From Octopus bimaculoides (taxonomy: Eukaryota), in assembly GCF_001194135.2 (NCBI RefSeq), contig NC_068990.1:22988073-23022200 (forward strand): DNA of 34,128 nucleotides, in the 5' to 3' direction. Shown piece after piece: positions 1-12,612 of this stretch. Both the position numbers and the translations under genes were made by a program. The notes under the pieces were generated by a model. That model worked only from the letters and a program-made list of their open reading frames with translations. It did no database searches and was not told where the DNA came from. Position 1 is the stretch's first letter. Each line of letters opens with the position of its first letter.

Positions 1-105
1 ATATATATATATATACATATATATATATATGTATATATATATATAGATAGATAGATAGATAGATAGATATACATATATATATAGATAAATATACATATAT
101 AGATA
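1..105. repeat. (AT)n/(GATA)n microsatellite; many similar (AT)n, (AC)n, (AG)n, (TAT)n and (CAT)n tracts occur across the window
   Basis: Directly visible simple repeats. Confidence 0.95.
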
Positions 106-302
106 AACTAGCAGAGATACCCACATTGCCAGTGCTACATGCAATTGAAGAATGAGACTTTTCTGTTTCAGTAACAGTTTGGAAGATTTTTCAGCCCCAG
201 TAAATTATCATTTAAATCTACCTTTGGAATTCAAGTTCTATTTTCTTCACCTTGTTTTGCACCTATGTGCTCACGTTGTGTCAGAGGATGGATATACATA
301 TT

Positions 303-1119
303 TATCATCATCAGCCCTGTCATTTAACATCCGCTTTCCATGCTGGAATGGGTTGGGATGGTTTGACTGAGACTGGCAAACCAGGAGGCTGCACCAGGCT
401 CCAATGTGATTTGGCAAGGTTTCTACAGCTGGATGCCCTTCCAAATGCTAACCACTCCGGGAGTGTAGTGGATGCTTGCTATGTGCCACCAGCATGGGAG
501 CCAGTCAGGAGGCACTGGCATTGGTCATGTTCGAATGGTGCTTTTTACAGGTCTCTGGCACTAGACCCTTTCAGGCAGCACTGCCATTGGCTACGCTCGA
601 AAGATGCTTTTTACACGCCAGTCAGGTGGCACTGGCATCGGCCAAGCTTGAATGGTGCTTTTTACGTGCCTCACTATGATTTCACTCAGTTCAGAAGGTC
701 TTCACAAGCACGCCATATAACTCAAAGATTGAAAGGTGCTTTTAACCAAGCCAGTTATGTGACACTGGCATCAACCACAACTACGATCTCACTTGGCTTG
801 CTGGGTCTTCTCATGCACAGCATATCTCCAAAAGTCTCGCTTGCTTGTCATTGCCTTTGTGAGGCCCAACGTTTGAAGACCGTGCTTCATCACCTTATCC
901 CACATCTTCCTGGGTCTATCTCTTCCACAGGTTCCCTTCACTGTTAGGGTGTGACTCTTCTTCACACAGCTGTCCTCATCCATATGCATCACATGACCAT
1001 ACCAGCACAGTCGTCTCTCTTGCGCACCACATTTGATGCTTCTTAGGTCCAACTTTTCTCTCAGGGCGCTTACACTCTGTCAAGTATGCACACTGACATT
1101 ACACAGCCAGCAGAGCATG
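303..1119 (-). mobile_element. 5'-truncated RTE-type LINE 3' end: degenerate ORF2 C-terminus plus 3' UTR with internal tandem repeats and a (GAT)n tail
   Basis: Minus-strand translation MLCWLCNVSV...LREKLDLRSIKCGAQERRLCWYGHV...G...RDRPRKMWDKV matches the RTE post-RT motif RLRWFGHV...RGRPRKTW. It continues into the ccaacccatgctagcatggaaagcggacgttaaatgatgatg tail seen many times in the window. Confidence 0.85.
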
Positions 1120-1476
1120 GATGGGTGTTTGGGTCATCTTATCTTAATATCGTAGAAAAAGTTGTTAGTGGTGTGGTGTCCATTTCCAGTCTGCCATGAA
1201 AACATGTCTGGTCAAGCAGAAATATTACCTCACTTGGAAACAAATGAGGGATTAGCAACAGGTAGGGCATGTGGTCATAGATAGAACAGCCTCAATGAAC
1301 TTTGACCCATTCAAGCAAGGAAAAATGCGCATTAAAATGATGATGATGATGATGATGATGATGGGGAAATCCTTTACATTAGTGGGGCTTAACCCCCCTT
1401 TCTTTTTTGAAGCAGCCAAATCCCTAATACATCACACACCTGACTGTTTTAAAATAGGAAGGAGATACTGGATATC

Positions 1477-1793
1477 TTTTATCTTTTATTTGTTTCAGTT
1501 AACAGACTGTGGCCATGCTGGAGCACCACGTCGAATTTTTAGTTGAATGACTTGACCCCACCCAATACTTTTTTTTGAAGCCAGGTTCTTATTNNNNNNN
1601 NNNACACGTGCACACACACACACACACACACGATGGGCTTCTTTCAGTTTCCATCAACCAAATCCACTCACGAGGCTTTGGTTAGCTCGAGGCTATAGTA
1701 GAAGACACTAGCCAAAGGTGCCATATAGTGGGACTGAACCCAGAACCATGTGGTTGGGAAGCAAGCTTCTTACTACACAGCCATCCCTGCACC
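1477..1793 (-). mobile_element. SINE family A spanning a small N gap
   Basis: gactgtggccatgctggagcaccac...aaatccactcacgaggctttgg...gggactgaacccagaacc. Confidence 0.85.
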
Positions 1794-2254
1794 TAACGTC
1801 GTCCTGAATAAAACTGAAAACCCCAACAAAAATATTAAAACAGAAAAAAAGAAAAACCCGACACGATAGTCATGGCTGGAATGTCTGATTATCATAAATC
1901 TGCTTGAATCAAAGCCAACCTGAGGCTAAACAAAACTGCCAACTTAGACAACATAGAATTACCGTTTTGAAATAACTAACTTAATTAGTACTTCTTGTAC
2001 CATTATTAATTCATAATTCTTTATAATATAGCTATTGTCCTGCAGAAAGACGACAGAATTATGTGGCCTCTCAAAGATCTCGGCTGATAAAACGAAGACT
2101 TCAACTAGCAGATTACAGTTATCTTTATTCTTGGAATTAAAGTGGTGGAATGGTCTTATCAGAGACTTGTCTTACATTATTTTATCATACAAAAGTGACA
2201 GAAAGGTGAACATTACTAAATGCTGCCAGGCATTTAGTAACATCTCTCTCTCTT

Positions 2255-2285
<31 letters not shown>

Positions 2286-3084
2286 TTCTCTTGCTCAGTT
2301 GCTCTTTACATTCTGAGTTCAAATCCAGTCCAAGTCACGTTTGCTGTTTATCTTTCTAGGGTTGATGAAATAAAGTACCAAAATCTCATATTCATGGCCT
2401 TGTACACATTTATGTTAAAATTCATTACTTTAACACATTCAGAGCAGTGAGCCAGCAGAGTCGTTCGCCCATCAGCTCGAAATGTTTAGTGACATTTCTC
2501 CCAGCTCCATGTTCTGAGTTCAAATTCTGCCAAGGTCGACTTTACCTTTAATTCTTTCAAGGTCGATAAAATAAGCACCAACTGTGCACAGAGATCAATG
2601 TAAACGACTTATTCTTATCCCCTAAAATTGCTGGCTTTGTGCTAAAATTTGAAAGTGTTATCTAAACGCATGAAATAAGGTGTTGGGAGGGAGCAGAGTA
2701 GCATTTAGTAACTTCTCTCTCTCTCTCTCTCTCTCTCTTACATTCCGAGTTCAAATTGTGCCAAGGTTGACTTAGCCTTGAAACCTACCAAGGTCAATAA
2801 AATAAGTATCAGTTGTGCCCTAAGGTCCATGTAAATGCCTTATTCCCACCCCTAAAATTGCTAGCCTTGGGCCAAATCTGAAGCCATAATCTTAACAGCT
2901 CGTTATAATTTGAGTGTTTAATTTCTGAATTCAGATGTTAACACGGTTGACTTCACAAGCTTCATAGAATCTGGTAGGTGTGATGTAAAGGTATAAGTTC
3001 AGTGAACTGCATCACAAGAATCAGAAAAGGGATGGACCAACTGTTTTGTGGCATTTAATTATGTTACTTCACATTTGTCATCCT

Positions 3085-3350
3085 CATCAGGATTAAGGAC
3101 AGAAACAACAGGAAGAACAACAGAAATAATGACAATAAGAATAACATCAGGAACAACAACAGCAAAAAGAGAAATGGTAAGAATAACAATAGGAATAACG
3201 TCAAGAATAACAAAAGGAATAACAGCAACAGAAATAATAACAAGAATAATAACGGGTATAATATCAAGAATAACAACAGTAATGGGAATAATATCAACGG
3301 AAATAATAACAAGTATAATAATGGATATAACATCAAGAATAACATTAGGA
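3085..3350. repeat. Cryptic AAT/AAC triplet repeat with a recurrent AAGAATAAC core
   Basis: About 265 bp made almost entirely of AAT/AAC/AAG/AGR triplets. Confidence 0.85.
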
Positions 3351-3790
3351 TAGTTATAAGCTGCTAGGCCCAAATTCTTTTGTTCTCAATGTGGAGAGAG
3401 GGGCAAAATCCACTCATGTTATGCAGGAAATGAAACAAAGAAGCATCTAAGTAATATATAAAAATAATATTTATCCCCACTTAAAACTGGATGTTGTGTT
3501 AGAACACGGAATACGGTGATAGTTACCAAGAGAGAACCTCTCGTAAGGCTTTGTGGTGCATATAAGCACTCTTGTTAACATAATCAACCAGCATTGCTGC
3601 TGGTGCTGCCGGCTAACGCAGCATCCAGTTTGAAACCAATAACAGTTCGACTCAGAGCCATATAACTTTAAGGTGCCACTCAGTAGGACTGAACCCTGAC
3701 ACCACATGATTATGAAGCAAGCTTCGTCAACACACAGCTATGCTAGTGCCATTGTTTGTCTGGAACTTTATGGAAAAGGCTGTAACTCAC

Positions 3791-3900
3791 CCCCAGATGA
3801 TCCTCTGTTTCTCTTTCTGCTGGTTTAGCCACCGTGGCCATTTGTACTGTACTAGTTCGTACTCAAACTGGTATTCCTTGGCCATGTGAGGAATGAAATC
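3791..3900 (-). CDS. UGGT: UGGT exon, 110 nt, phase 0/2 (GT24); last exon found in window
   Basis: tttgcag|GAT ... GG|gtgagt. Encodes [36 protein letters not shown]. The next expected exon (YKILFLDVLFPL...DADQ) was not found in 1-3790. Confidence 0.98.
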
Positions 3901-4057
3901 CTGCAAAAAACGAAAAAAAAAAAAAAGAAAGAATATTTAGTCATTTATTTAGTCATTTATTTGTCTGCATTTCCTTGACTTGTTAGAAAAAGCAGCTAAC
4001 CAAATCTTTCTCAAACCACACCCATACCATATCAGAAAAGAAAGACACCTAGGATAA

Positions 4058-4283
4058 TACAAGAAGGTGTTGAAAAGTTCCTGTTTTTGAGTAAAAGAAA
4101 ATATGGGAGGATCAGTTAATTAATTACAAATATAGTTAGCATATTCCCCTTCACAGATTCACAAACTTATTGCTGTGGGCTTTCAGTTTTCCTAAGCCCC
4201 GTAAAAGGACTCGGGAGGTTGAGCCTCCAACCAGGCCTTTTGCAATATCCTTAAAGCCAGGAACTTTTCAGCACCCCCTCATC
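4058..4283. mobile_element. Tc1/mariner-like MITE; second copy at 23871-24066
   Basis: Imperfect TIRs of about 25 bp: tacaagaaggtgttgaaaagttcctg ... caggaacttttcagcaccccctcat (consensus TAYGAGGGGGTGCTGAAAAGTTCCTG). Both copies share the internal sequence ggaggatcagttaatt...catattcccct..cagattcac. Confidence 0.8.
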
Positions 4284-4550
4284 ATTTATTTCATTTAACG
4301 TCCGCTTTCCATGCTAGCATGGGTTGGGCGATTTGACTGGGGCCTGGCGAAGCGGATGGCTACACCAGACTCCAATCTGATTTGGCAGAGTTTCTACAGC
4401 TGGATGCCCTTCCTAACGACAACCACTCCGAGAGTGTAGTGGGTGCTTTTTAGGTGCCACCGGCACGAGGGCCAGTCTGGCGGTACTGGTAACGGCCACA
4501 CTCAAAATGGTGTTTTTTATGTGCCACTTGCACAGGAGTCAGTCCAATGT
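4283..4550 (-). mobile_element. RTE-tail family copy
   Basis: Reverse complement of the 21900-22235 core and tail. Confidence 0.9.
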
Positions 4551-4799
4551 TCGTATTGACATATATAAAAAAACATGTTTCACATCTAAAGACCAAGTTA
4601 ATAGTCTGAAAAATTGACATCTTTCTTGAAACAACTTGTGTTAAAACATTACAAATACCATTTGTCTACAAGTTTGTGTACAACAGAAACACAAGCTGCA
4701 GTCTTACACTAAAAAAATACAAAGAAAAAAACAAAAGAGCTCAGGGTTTGTTCATAAATTATACATGTAGGGTAAAGTATTATACAAGTTTAAACTTAC

Positions 4800-4884
4800 T
4801 TTGAAAGTTGGTGAAAGATAGTTTTTCAAAAACCAAAATTTCACTTTAGATTTGGTATTTTTCAGAACACTCAGCATCATGATG
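4800..4884 (-). CDS. UGGT: UGGT exon, 85 nt, phase 2/0 (GT24)
   Basis: ctttcag|C ... AAA|gtaagt. Encodes (R)[28 protein letters not shown]. Confidence 0.98.
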
Positions 4885-4944
4885 CTGAAAGGAATTAAAA
4901 AGGGAAAAGTGATTTTTATGAAGAATAAATAAATAAATAAATAA

Positions 4945-5367
4945 CAGGAGTGGCTGTGTGGTAAGTAGCTTGCTTACCAACCAAATGGCTCCGGGTTCAG
5001 TCCCACTGTGTGGCACCTTGGGCAAGTGTCTTCCACTATAGCCTCGGGCCGACCAAAGCCTTGTGAGTGGATTTGGTAGACGGAAACTGAAAGAAGCCTG
5101 TCGTATATATGTATCATCATCATCATCATCATCATATATATATATATGTATGTTGTATGTGTGTCTGTGTTTGTCCCCCAACATCGCTTGACAACCGATG
5201 CTGGTGTGTTTACGTCCCCGTCATTTAGCGGTTCGGCAAAAGAGACCGATAGAATAAGTACTAGGCTTCCAAAGAATAAGTCCTGGGGTCGATTTGCTCG
5301 ACTAAAGGCGGTGCTCCACCATGGCCACAGTCAAAAGACTGAAACAAGTAAAAGAGTAAAAGAGTAA
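4945..5367 (+). mobile_element. tRNA-headed SINE family A, near full length
   Basis: A-box-like TGGCTGTGTGG and B-box-like GGTTCAGTCCC, body ggcaagtgtcttc...gtgagtggatttggtagacggaaactgaaagaagcc, internal microsatellite, tail ending (aagagtaa)n. Confidence 0.9.
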
Positions 5368-6616
5368 ATAAATAATAATCATGTCTGCTAAAGGAACAAG
5401 GCCTGGAATTTTGGAGGAGGGGGTTAGTTGATTACATTGACCCCAGTGTTTCATTAGTACTTATTTTATCGACCCCGAGAGGATGGAAGGAAAAGTCAAC
5501 CTTGCCGGAATTTGAACACATAACACAAAGATGGATAAAATACCAGTAAGCATTTTGCCCAGCTTGCTAATGATTCTACCAGCTCACTGCCTTAGTGGCT
5601 TTCATGGTTTCTCATCTTAACTGATCGGAAGTGTTATCATGTACATTGTTGTGTCTTGGTAAAAAAGATGGGCTACAGCAAATATTCTGCTCAATACCAC
5701 AGATCTGCTGGTCAGTTGCTTAACTTTAACTAGTTTCGGTATTTGCTACTACTACTACTACTACTACTACTGACAACCATGTACTGAAAGGGGCGCAGCA
5801 CGATGCCCTGTGTTGTCCACGAAGGAAGGAAACAAAGTGAATTGAAACGGAAATCAAGTGGCGGTGTCAGCAGCAGAACAACCCACGACTGCTGAAGCCA
5901 TCCGTGACGGCCAGCGGCGCGAATCACCGGTGGACACGGGAGAGGATTAAGGAAGGAAGACTGAGGGGGAGAGAGGATCATAGAGCCACAAAGCGTGTGG
6001 TGCCGGCTGGATGAGACATGTGCGGTCAGCAGCGAGTGCATGCGGCATGGGAGTGGGCAGCCAGAGGGCCGACGAAGACGAAGGCGAGGGGGCCCAGCAC
6101 AAGAACTGCCACATTCTCTTGGCATATAAACTTTACTATTCGGTACTGTTACAGTACATCTCTCGCTCAGAGATTTAAAACAAATTGTTTTTCTTTACAC
6201 AAGATCAGCGACTGTGTGTCGCTTAAAGAATATATGGTGTTTGCGAGTGGAGAGAGCTTTTGTCGCTAGCTTGTGATTTTCTCACACTGAGAACGGGTAA
6301 CCATCCACAAACTGAGGTCTGTGAGTATCATGTAAGGCTAGAGAAGGGAGCAATGACCTCCCTAGCAAATGCTATATGGATACAAATTGTGTGTCAATAG
6401 CCAGCTGGAAAAGATGTTTTCTTGAGGCTAAAACAACAGTAACATTGTCCTCTATAGGACTGCCACATTCTGTTGGCATATAAGCTTTACTATGGTGTGT
6501 TCATCTTATATTTAGGTCTACTGTCATAGTTTAGGTTTGTGTTACTTTACCTTTCTGTTATAAATGAATGGCAAAGTTGATGGCAAAATGTTATTGGGAA
6601 GTTTGTAGAATGTAGA

Positions 6617-6830
6617 TATGGCTTACTGGCCATGTGCTTTGATTAACACAGGAGAGACTTGCTACCACCATGATGGAATGGATGCCTGAAGTAGGAAAAA
6701 GGCCGAATATAAGACCAAGGAAGATATGGCGCAGTACATTCTGGGACAATAGGATAATGATGGAGGCTGGCCCAAGTGGAGCTAAAGAGAAAGCAAACAA
6801 TTTGGACATTTGAAGAAGAATCATTGCCTA
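6617..6830 (+). mobile_element. Degenerate non-LTR retrotransposon (RTE/L2-like) ORF2 C-terminal fragment
   Basis: Reads WLTGHVL*LTQERLATTMMEWMPEVGKRPNIRPRKIWRSTF, resembling W.GHV.R...R.P...(L/M).W.P.GKR..GRP...W. Confidence 0.7.
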
Positions 6831-8494
6831 TTATGCTGACAACACTGGAGGATCTAAGAGAGGTACATAAGAATAAGACAATGTCTATAGAATTTATATT
6901 TAGCATTATGGTTAGGAATTCAAAGCAGCAATAGAAATTTAGGATTAAAGACTTTTATATCTTTTTAAAATTTTTTTTATTTCTGCCATTGTATTGGTTT
7001 GTCAAGTTACTTGATCTGAGACTAAGTATTACAACAGCAATATTTACAACATGGAAAGCCATGAAAGCCATCCTCGCCACCCACAACAGCAGCATGATCA
7101 TGGTGACATTCATCATTTTTATGTTCACCATTTTCCATGTTGACATAAGTTGGAGAAGAACCCCTTGAAAACGGTATTATAGGACTACATGCTCTTTCTA
7201 CATCCAACCCTTTAACATTCAAACTGGCCATATCCAACCAAAATATTCTGTTTTATGTTCAAATTGTACAGATCTGGCCTCTCACACCTACCCTCCAACA
7301 TCATTCTAAAACTAAACAATGACAATTAATTCAAAACATTGTGAATAAATAAGCATTACAATCAACAGATTAATCGGAAAGCTGAAGTTGAACCAATTTC
7401 CGCTCGAGTTGAACCCTAAGTTTCAATTTCAGTTTTTGAATTGTTTTTGGGACATTAGTATCCCACCAACAGATTTTGAAGTACAGAAATATTTGCTTTA
7501 TCAGTTTCAATTTCAAATTTAAAACAGTAAAAACAAAGAACAAAAAAAACTGTAAAGCATGAAAAAATTCTCAAAATTAAAATTGCAACCTACATGCTAT
7601 ACTTAAAGCAGATACATCATGGCAAGCCTAATTAACTGCAGTATTTAACCTCAGGCTGTATCTACTTTAAGTATGAGACACAGATTGCTATTTTAAACTA
7701 ATACTGCTTTTATTGTTCATAAATGTTCTTCCTGTTTAGTACAAATGCAGTTATTATTTAGCATAATCACTTATTAAAGTGCATTGCATAATACTACATG
7801 AATCAATTTTCCTACCTACTTAAGGGGTTAAAGGTAAGGGTGTGGGTGGGGAAGGTACCAGTAAAGGACATACAACAACAGAAAAGAAACAAAAAAATCT
7901 GCATATAGGAAGATGACCAAGAATGCAAAACATCTATGGCTGAGGCCGATATTTAAATTAGAATACAAGATAGCCAATTCTTACTGGAATGAACTAGTCA
8001 AATTAATTACTATGCTACTTAGCAAATTAATCAATCTTCTACTAGATATAATCTAAATACAACAACAACACATAAATACAACAACGATCACGTTAATGAT
8101 GATAACGAATAGGAAGACGGTGAATAATTAAGATTATTAATTTAATAGATTTTTAGATGAGTTTCTCATTTGGACGTATTCTTAAACATAGATGACACCC
8201 TTGCATCCAATTAAAGACTGGCAGAATAATTATGGTAATGAGAATACATATTAATTATGACGATGAATTAAGTTTCCCCTTCATTAATGTATTTATCCAT
8301 TAAAATTGAAATGTCTTTTAATCTTTAATTAATGCCTTAACTATACAGTAAGTAAGTGTAGAGTCACTAGAATGTACAAGACATCGGTGAAGAACTCCAT
8401 GTTGGTACGAAGCAAGACACTAAACACAAACAAAAAAAAGTTATTAAAAGAAATGCAAGGTTTCAAAATACTTAGCATTTCCAACCGATATTAT

Positions 8495-8780
8495 TCATCA
8501 TCATCATCCTCATCCTCATTTAACATCCACTTTCTATGCTGGTATAGGTTGGACGGTTTGGCTGAGGACTTGCAAGCCAGGAGGCTGCACCAGGCTCCAA
8601 TCTGATCTGGCAAGGTTTCTACAGCTGGTTGCCCTTCCTAATGCCAACCACTTTGGGAGTGTAGTGGGTACTTTTTATGTGCTGCCGGCACGGGGACCAG
8701 TCAGGTGACACAGTCATCAACCACACACGAATGGTGCTTTTTACATGCCACCAGCACTGGCATCGGCAAACGCTCGAATG
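8495..8780 (-). mobile_element. RTE-tail family copy
   Basis: (CAT)n followed by tttaacatccactttctatgctgg...ggttgcccttcctaatgccaaccact. Confidence 0.88.
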
Positions 8781-9511
8781 ATATTACTATTATTATTATT
8801 ATTATTGAGTGAGAGAGCAGTGCATGCCATCAAAGTGACACTGGGGTAAAATATACGAAGCCCATTATACCCATCATGACTACCCGTCTGATAAGAGTAC
8901 ACCAGACACATGCATCACAACCATATGTGTGCGACATTGTAATCTCATAACAAGATAAACAGTGCATGACCTCGCAGGTGGGACCCAGTTAGAATTTTCT
9001 TCAGGTCGAGTAGCCCATCCTGCTCAAAAGGTCCCTATTATTATAAAGATGGCAAACCAGCAAAATCATTAGCATGCTGAGCGAAAGGTTTAACAGCATT
9101 TTGTCTGTCACTACATTTGGAGTTCAAATTCTGCTGAGGTCGACTTTGCCTTTCATCCTCTCAGGGTTGATAAAATAAGTACCAGTGAAACATTGGGGTC
9201 GATGTAAACAACTAGTGCCCTCCCTGAAAATTCCAGGCCTTGTCCCTTTAGTAGAAAGGGTTATTATTACTATTATTACTACTATTACTTTATTAGCACA
9301 TAGGACAAAATGCTTAGCAGTATTTCTTCTGGCTCTGCATTCGGAGTTCAAATTACACTGAAATCAATTTTGCCATGCATCGATTTCAGGGTTGATAAAT
9401 AAAGTAAGATGCCTGTAGAGTACTGGGGTCGATGCAATCAACTTACCCGCCTGCCCCAAAATTGCTAGCCATGTGCCAAAATTTGAAACCATTATTATTA
9501 TTATTATTATT

Positions 9512-9880
9512 GAGTGACAGAGCAATGCATGCCATCAAAGTGACCTGGGGTACAAATATACAAAGCCCAATATATGCATCATGACTACCCATCTCATAAG
9601 AGTACACGAGATATGCATCACAACCATGTGTGCAAAATGGCGAGACTTCATACCAAGATAAACAGTGCAGGTGGGACCCAGTTACAATTTTCTTCAAGTT
9701 GAGTAACCCATCCTGCTCAAAAGGTCCCTGGATAAGAGTTGTTTAAGAATGATGAACAAAACACTCAATGGTATTGAGCAGAATATTTGCTGTAGCCCAT
9801 CTTTTATACCAAGACAAAACAATGTACATGATAACACTTCCAATCAGTTAAGATCAGAAGCCATGAGAGCCACTACCTGG
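9512..9880 (-). mobile_element. Interspersed repeat family X with a (TAA)n tail; copies at 8805-9037 (-) and 5590-5735 (+)
   Basis: gcatgccatcaaagtgac...cccatcctgctcaaaaggtccct occurs twice; 9750-9870 is the reverse complement of 5590-5735. Confidence 0.75.
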
Positions 9881-9893
9881 TACTGCATCAGGC

Positions 9894-9928
<35 letters not shown>

Positions 9929-10390
9929 GCATGCTGGTCAAAATGCTTAGTGGTATTTCGCTCATTGCTACGTTCTGACCATGGGATTGCACCTAGAAAG
10001 TTAACCTCCAAGGCACAAGTCTGGGCAAGGTTGCTTATGGAAGACCAGCTGTCGCCCATGCATACCAGCCTTCCCTCTCCATGTCACCAATGAAAAAGCA
10101 AAGGGGCCGATACAGCTTGGCCCCTGTGACGTCGCAACTCATTTCTACAGATGAGTGAACTGGAGCAACGTGAAATAAAGTGTCTTGCTCGAGGACACAA
10201 CACACAGCCCAGTCCGGAATTCAAACTCACAACCTTGCGATTGTAAGCTTGACACTCTAACCACTGAGCCACGTGCCTTCAGCTTGGAATCAGTAGTTCT
10301 TTGACTGCTATTTCTAAATTTTCAGTATGTTGGTGAAGCAACTCATGCTAATCCCTGTATATTTATGATTATAAATGTTTNNNNNNNNNN

Positions 10391-10439
<49 letters not shown>

Positions 10440-11153
10440 CACACACTTCGCGCGCATACATACATACATACATACACACAGAGAAAATACGACACATATA
10501 TATGACAAGATTCTTTCAGTTTCCTTTTTACCAAATTCACTCACAAGACTCTGGAGACATTTGCCCAGGGTACCACCCACAGGGACTGAACTCAGAACCA
10601 AGTGGTTGGGAATAAAAACTTCTTGCCACACAGCCACACCTGTGCCTTGTGTCACATAGCAACAATATTAGCTCAGTTGAAAGAAAATAAATAACTGGAC
10701 AGACTATCAATTAATTACAGTGACGAGTGAGAAATTATAAACAAAATAAAATACGAGAAATTGAATTTTTATAGATAGACGGGCGTATATATGTGCATGA
10801 ATATGTGTATATATAAGTATATAAGTGTGTGTGTGTATGTATGTACCTCTGTGTGCATATACATATGCGTTTGTGTAATATTTCACCACATTTAGTTTGT
10901 TATCTAATTCGAAAACCACTTTACAATACTTTACAAGCTGCAAGTGAAGACTATTATTCGTTCAGTACAATATCAGCTCAAAAAACACTGCAAAGCAACA
11001 AACAACACTAACAATAAGTGCCAAAGGCAAAGAATGAGAAGAACAGTGAAGAAAGAGGGAAAGACAAAGACAAAAAAGGAGATAAGGGAGAAAAAAATAA
11101 AAAAAAAGAAACAAAGGCAGACTATACAGATAATGACTTTGTCATAATGTTTC

Positions 11154-11184
<31 letters not shown>

Positions 11185-12089
11185 GTTATTATTATTATTA
11201 TGGTTAATATTTTCAGTTTTTATATTTACAGATAACATATTTTTGTAATTGCATTCTGGAATGGTAAAAATTACAATCAACATTTTAAGTTTTCCGTACA
11301 ATTTTTCCCCAAGCTGACTTGGACTAAAATTGCTAATAATAATAATAATGATAATAATAATAACAACAATAAATGATATTATTATTATTACTTTTTTTTT
11401 TTTGTAAATTTGGAATGAACACAATGCTTTATAATTATATTTTAAATTCTTTGAAAAAAAAAATCAACAAAACAAAAAAACATTGTTAATCCTCGTAAGA
11501 TACACAAATATGATNNNNNNNNNNNNNNNNNNNNNNNNNNNNNNNNNNNNNNNNNNNNNNNNNNNNNNNNNNNNNNNNNNNNNNNNNNNNNNNNNNNNNN
11601 NNNNNNNNNNNNNNNNNNNNNNNNNNNNNNNNNNNNNNNNNNNNNNNNNNNNNNNNNNNNNNNNNNNNNNNNNNNNNNNNNNNNNNNNNNNNNNNNNNNN
11701 NNNATGTTTTCCTTGAAGCAGTTTGAGTTAATTTAATGTCAAAATGGGTAAGAGTGAAAAAAATATTCTTTTTGTCAAATACATTCGCATATTGGCACAG
11801 GTGTGGCTGTGCAGTAAGAAGTTTGTTTTCCAATCACATGGTTTGGGGTTCAATCCCATTGTGTGGCACTTTGGGAAAGAGTGCATTTGGTTGGAAGAAG
11901 TTGAAAGGAGCCTGCCAACTGAAACTGAAAGGAGTTCAAATTCCGCCAAGGTCGACTTTGCCTTTCATCCTTTCGGGGTCGATATAATCGACTTAATCCG
12001 TTTGTCTGTCCTTGTTTGTCCAACTGAAGAAGCTATGCTAAAGGGAGCTTTGTATATAAGAAACTGAAAGGAGCCTGTGATGAAAATAT

Positions 12090-12612
12090 ATCATCATCAT
12101 CATCATTTAGCATCCGTTGTCCATGCTGGCATGGGTTGGATGTTTTGACCAGGGCTGGTAAGCTAGAAGGCTGCACCAGACTCCAGTCTGATTTGTCATG
12201 GTTTTCTACAGCTGGATCCCCTTTTTAACACCAACCACTCCGAGAGTATAATAGGTGCTTTTACACACCACTGGCACAGGTGCCATTTGCGTGACACCAG
12301 TATCTGCCATGACTGCAATTTTGCTCAGCTTGACAGGTCTTCTTCTCAAGCACAACAAAGGTCTCAGTCACTGCCTCTGTGAAGCCCAATGCTCAAAAGG
12401 ATCTTGGCCACTTCGTTTCCATGAGGCCCAACGATCTAAAGGAACTCAGTCACTTTGCCTCCATGAGACCCAATGCTCGAAAGGAACTCGGTCACTTTGC
12501 CTCCATGAAGCCCTACACTCGAAAGGAACTCGGCCACTTTGCCTCAGTGAGACCCAATGCTCGAGAGGAACTCAGTCACTTCCCCTCCATGAAGTCCAAC
12601 ACTCAAAGGAAT
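12090..12612 (-). mobile_element. RTE-tail family copy ending in a 42-bp tandem array
   Basis: Core and tail at 12090-12360, then about 6 copies of ggaactcagtcactttgcctccatgagacccaatgctcgaaa. Confidence 0.88.

Noticed and set aside
152-947. Plus-strand ORFs 152-370, 252-947 and 476-679
   Set aside because: They are antisense to an RTE 3' end and unique intron, with no recognisable domain.
3048-3373. Three overlapping ORFs of about 100 aa (Thr-rich, Val/Ile-rich, Leu/Phe-rich)
   Set aside because: (AAT/AAC)n-like sequence is inherently stop-free in most frames, so openness is compositional.
5730-6269. ORFs 5730-6125 (-) and 6018-6269 (+)
   Set aside because: They are open because the segment is GC-rich; there are no motifs or splice-consistent structure. 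The region is kept as a non-coding finding.
10944-11424. Lys/Glu-rich and poly-Leu/Ile/Asn ORFs
   Set aside because: A-rich low-complexity sequence and (TAT)n/(AAT)n microsatellites.
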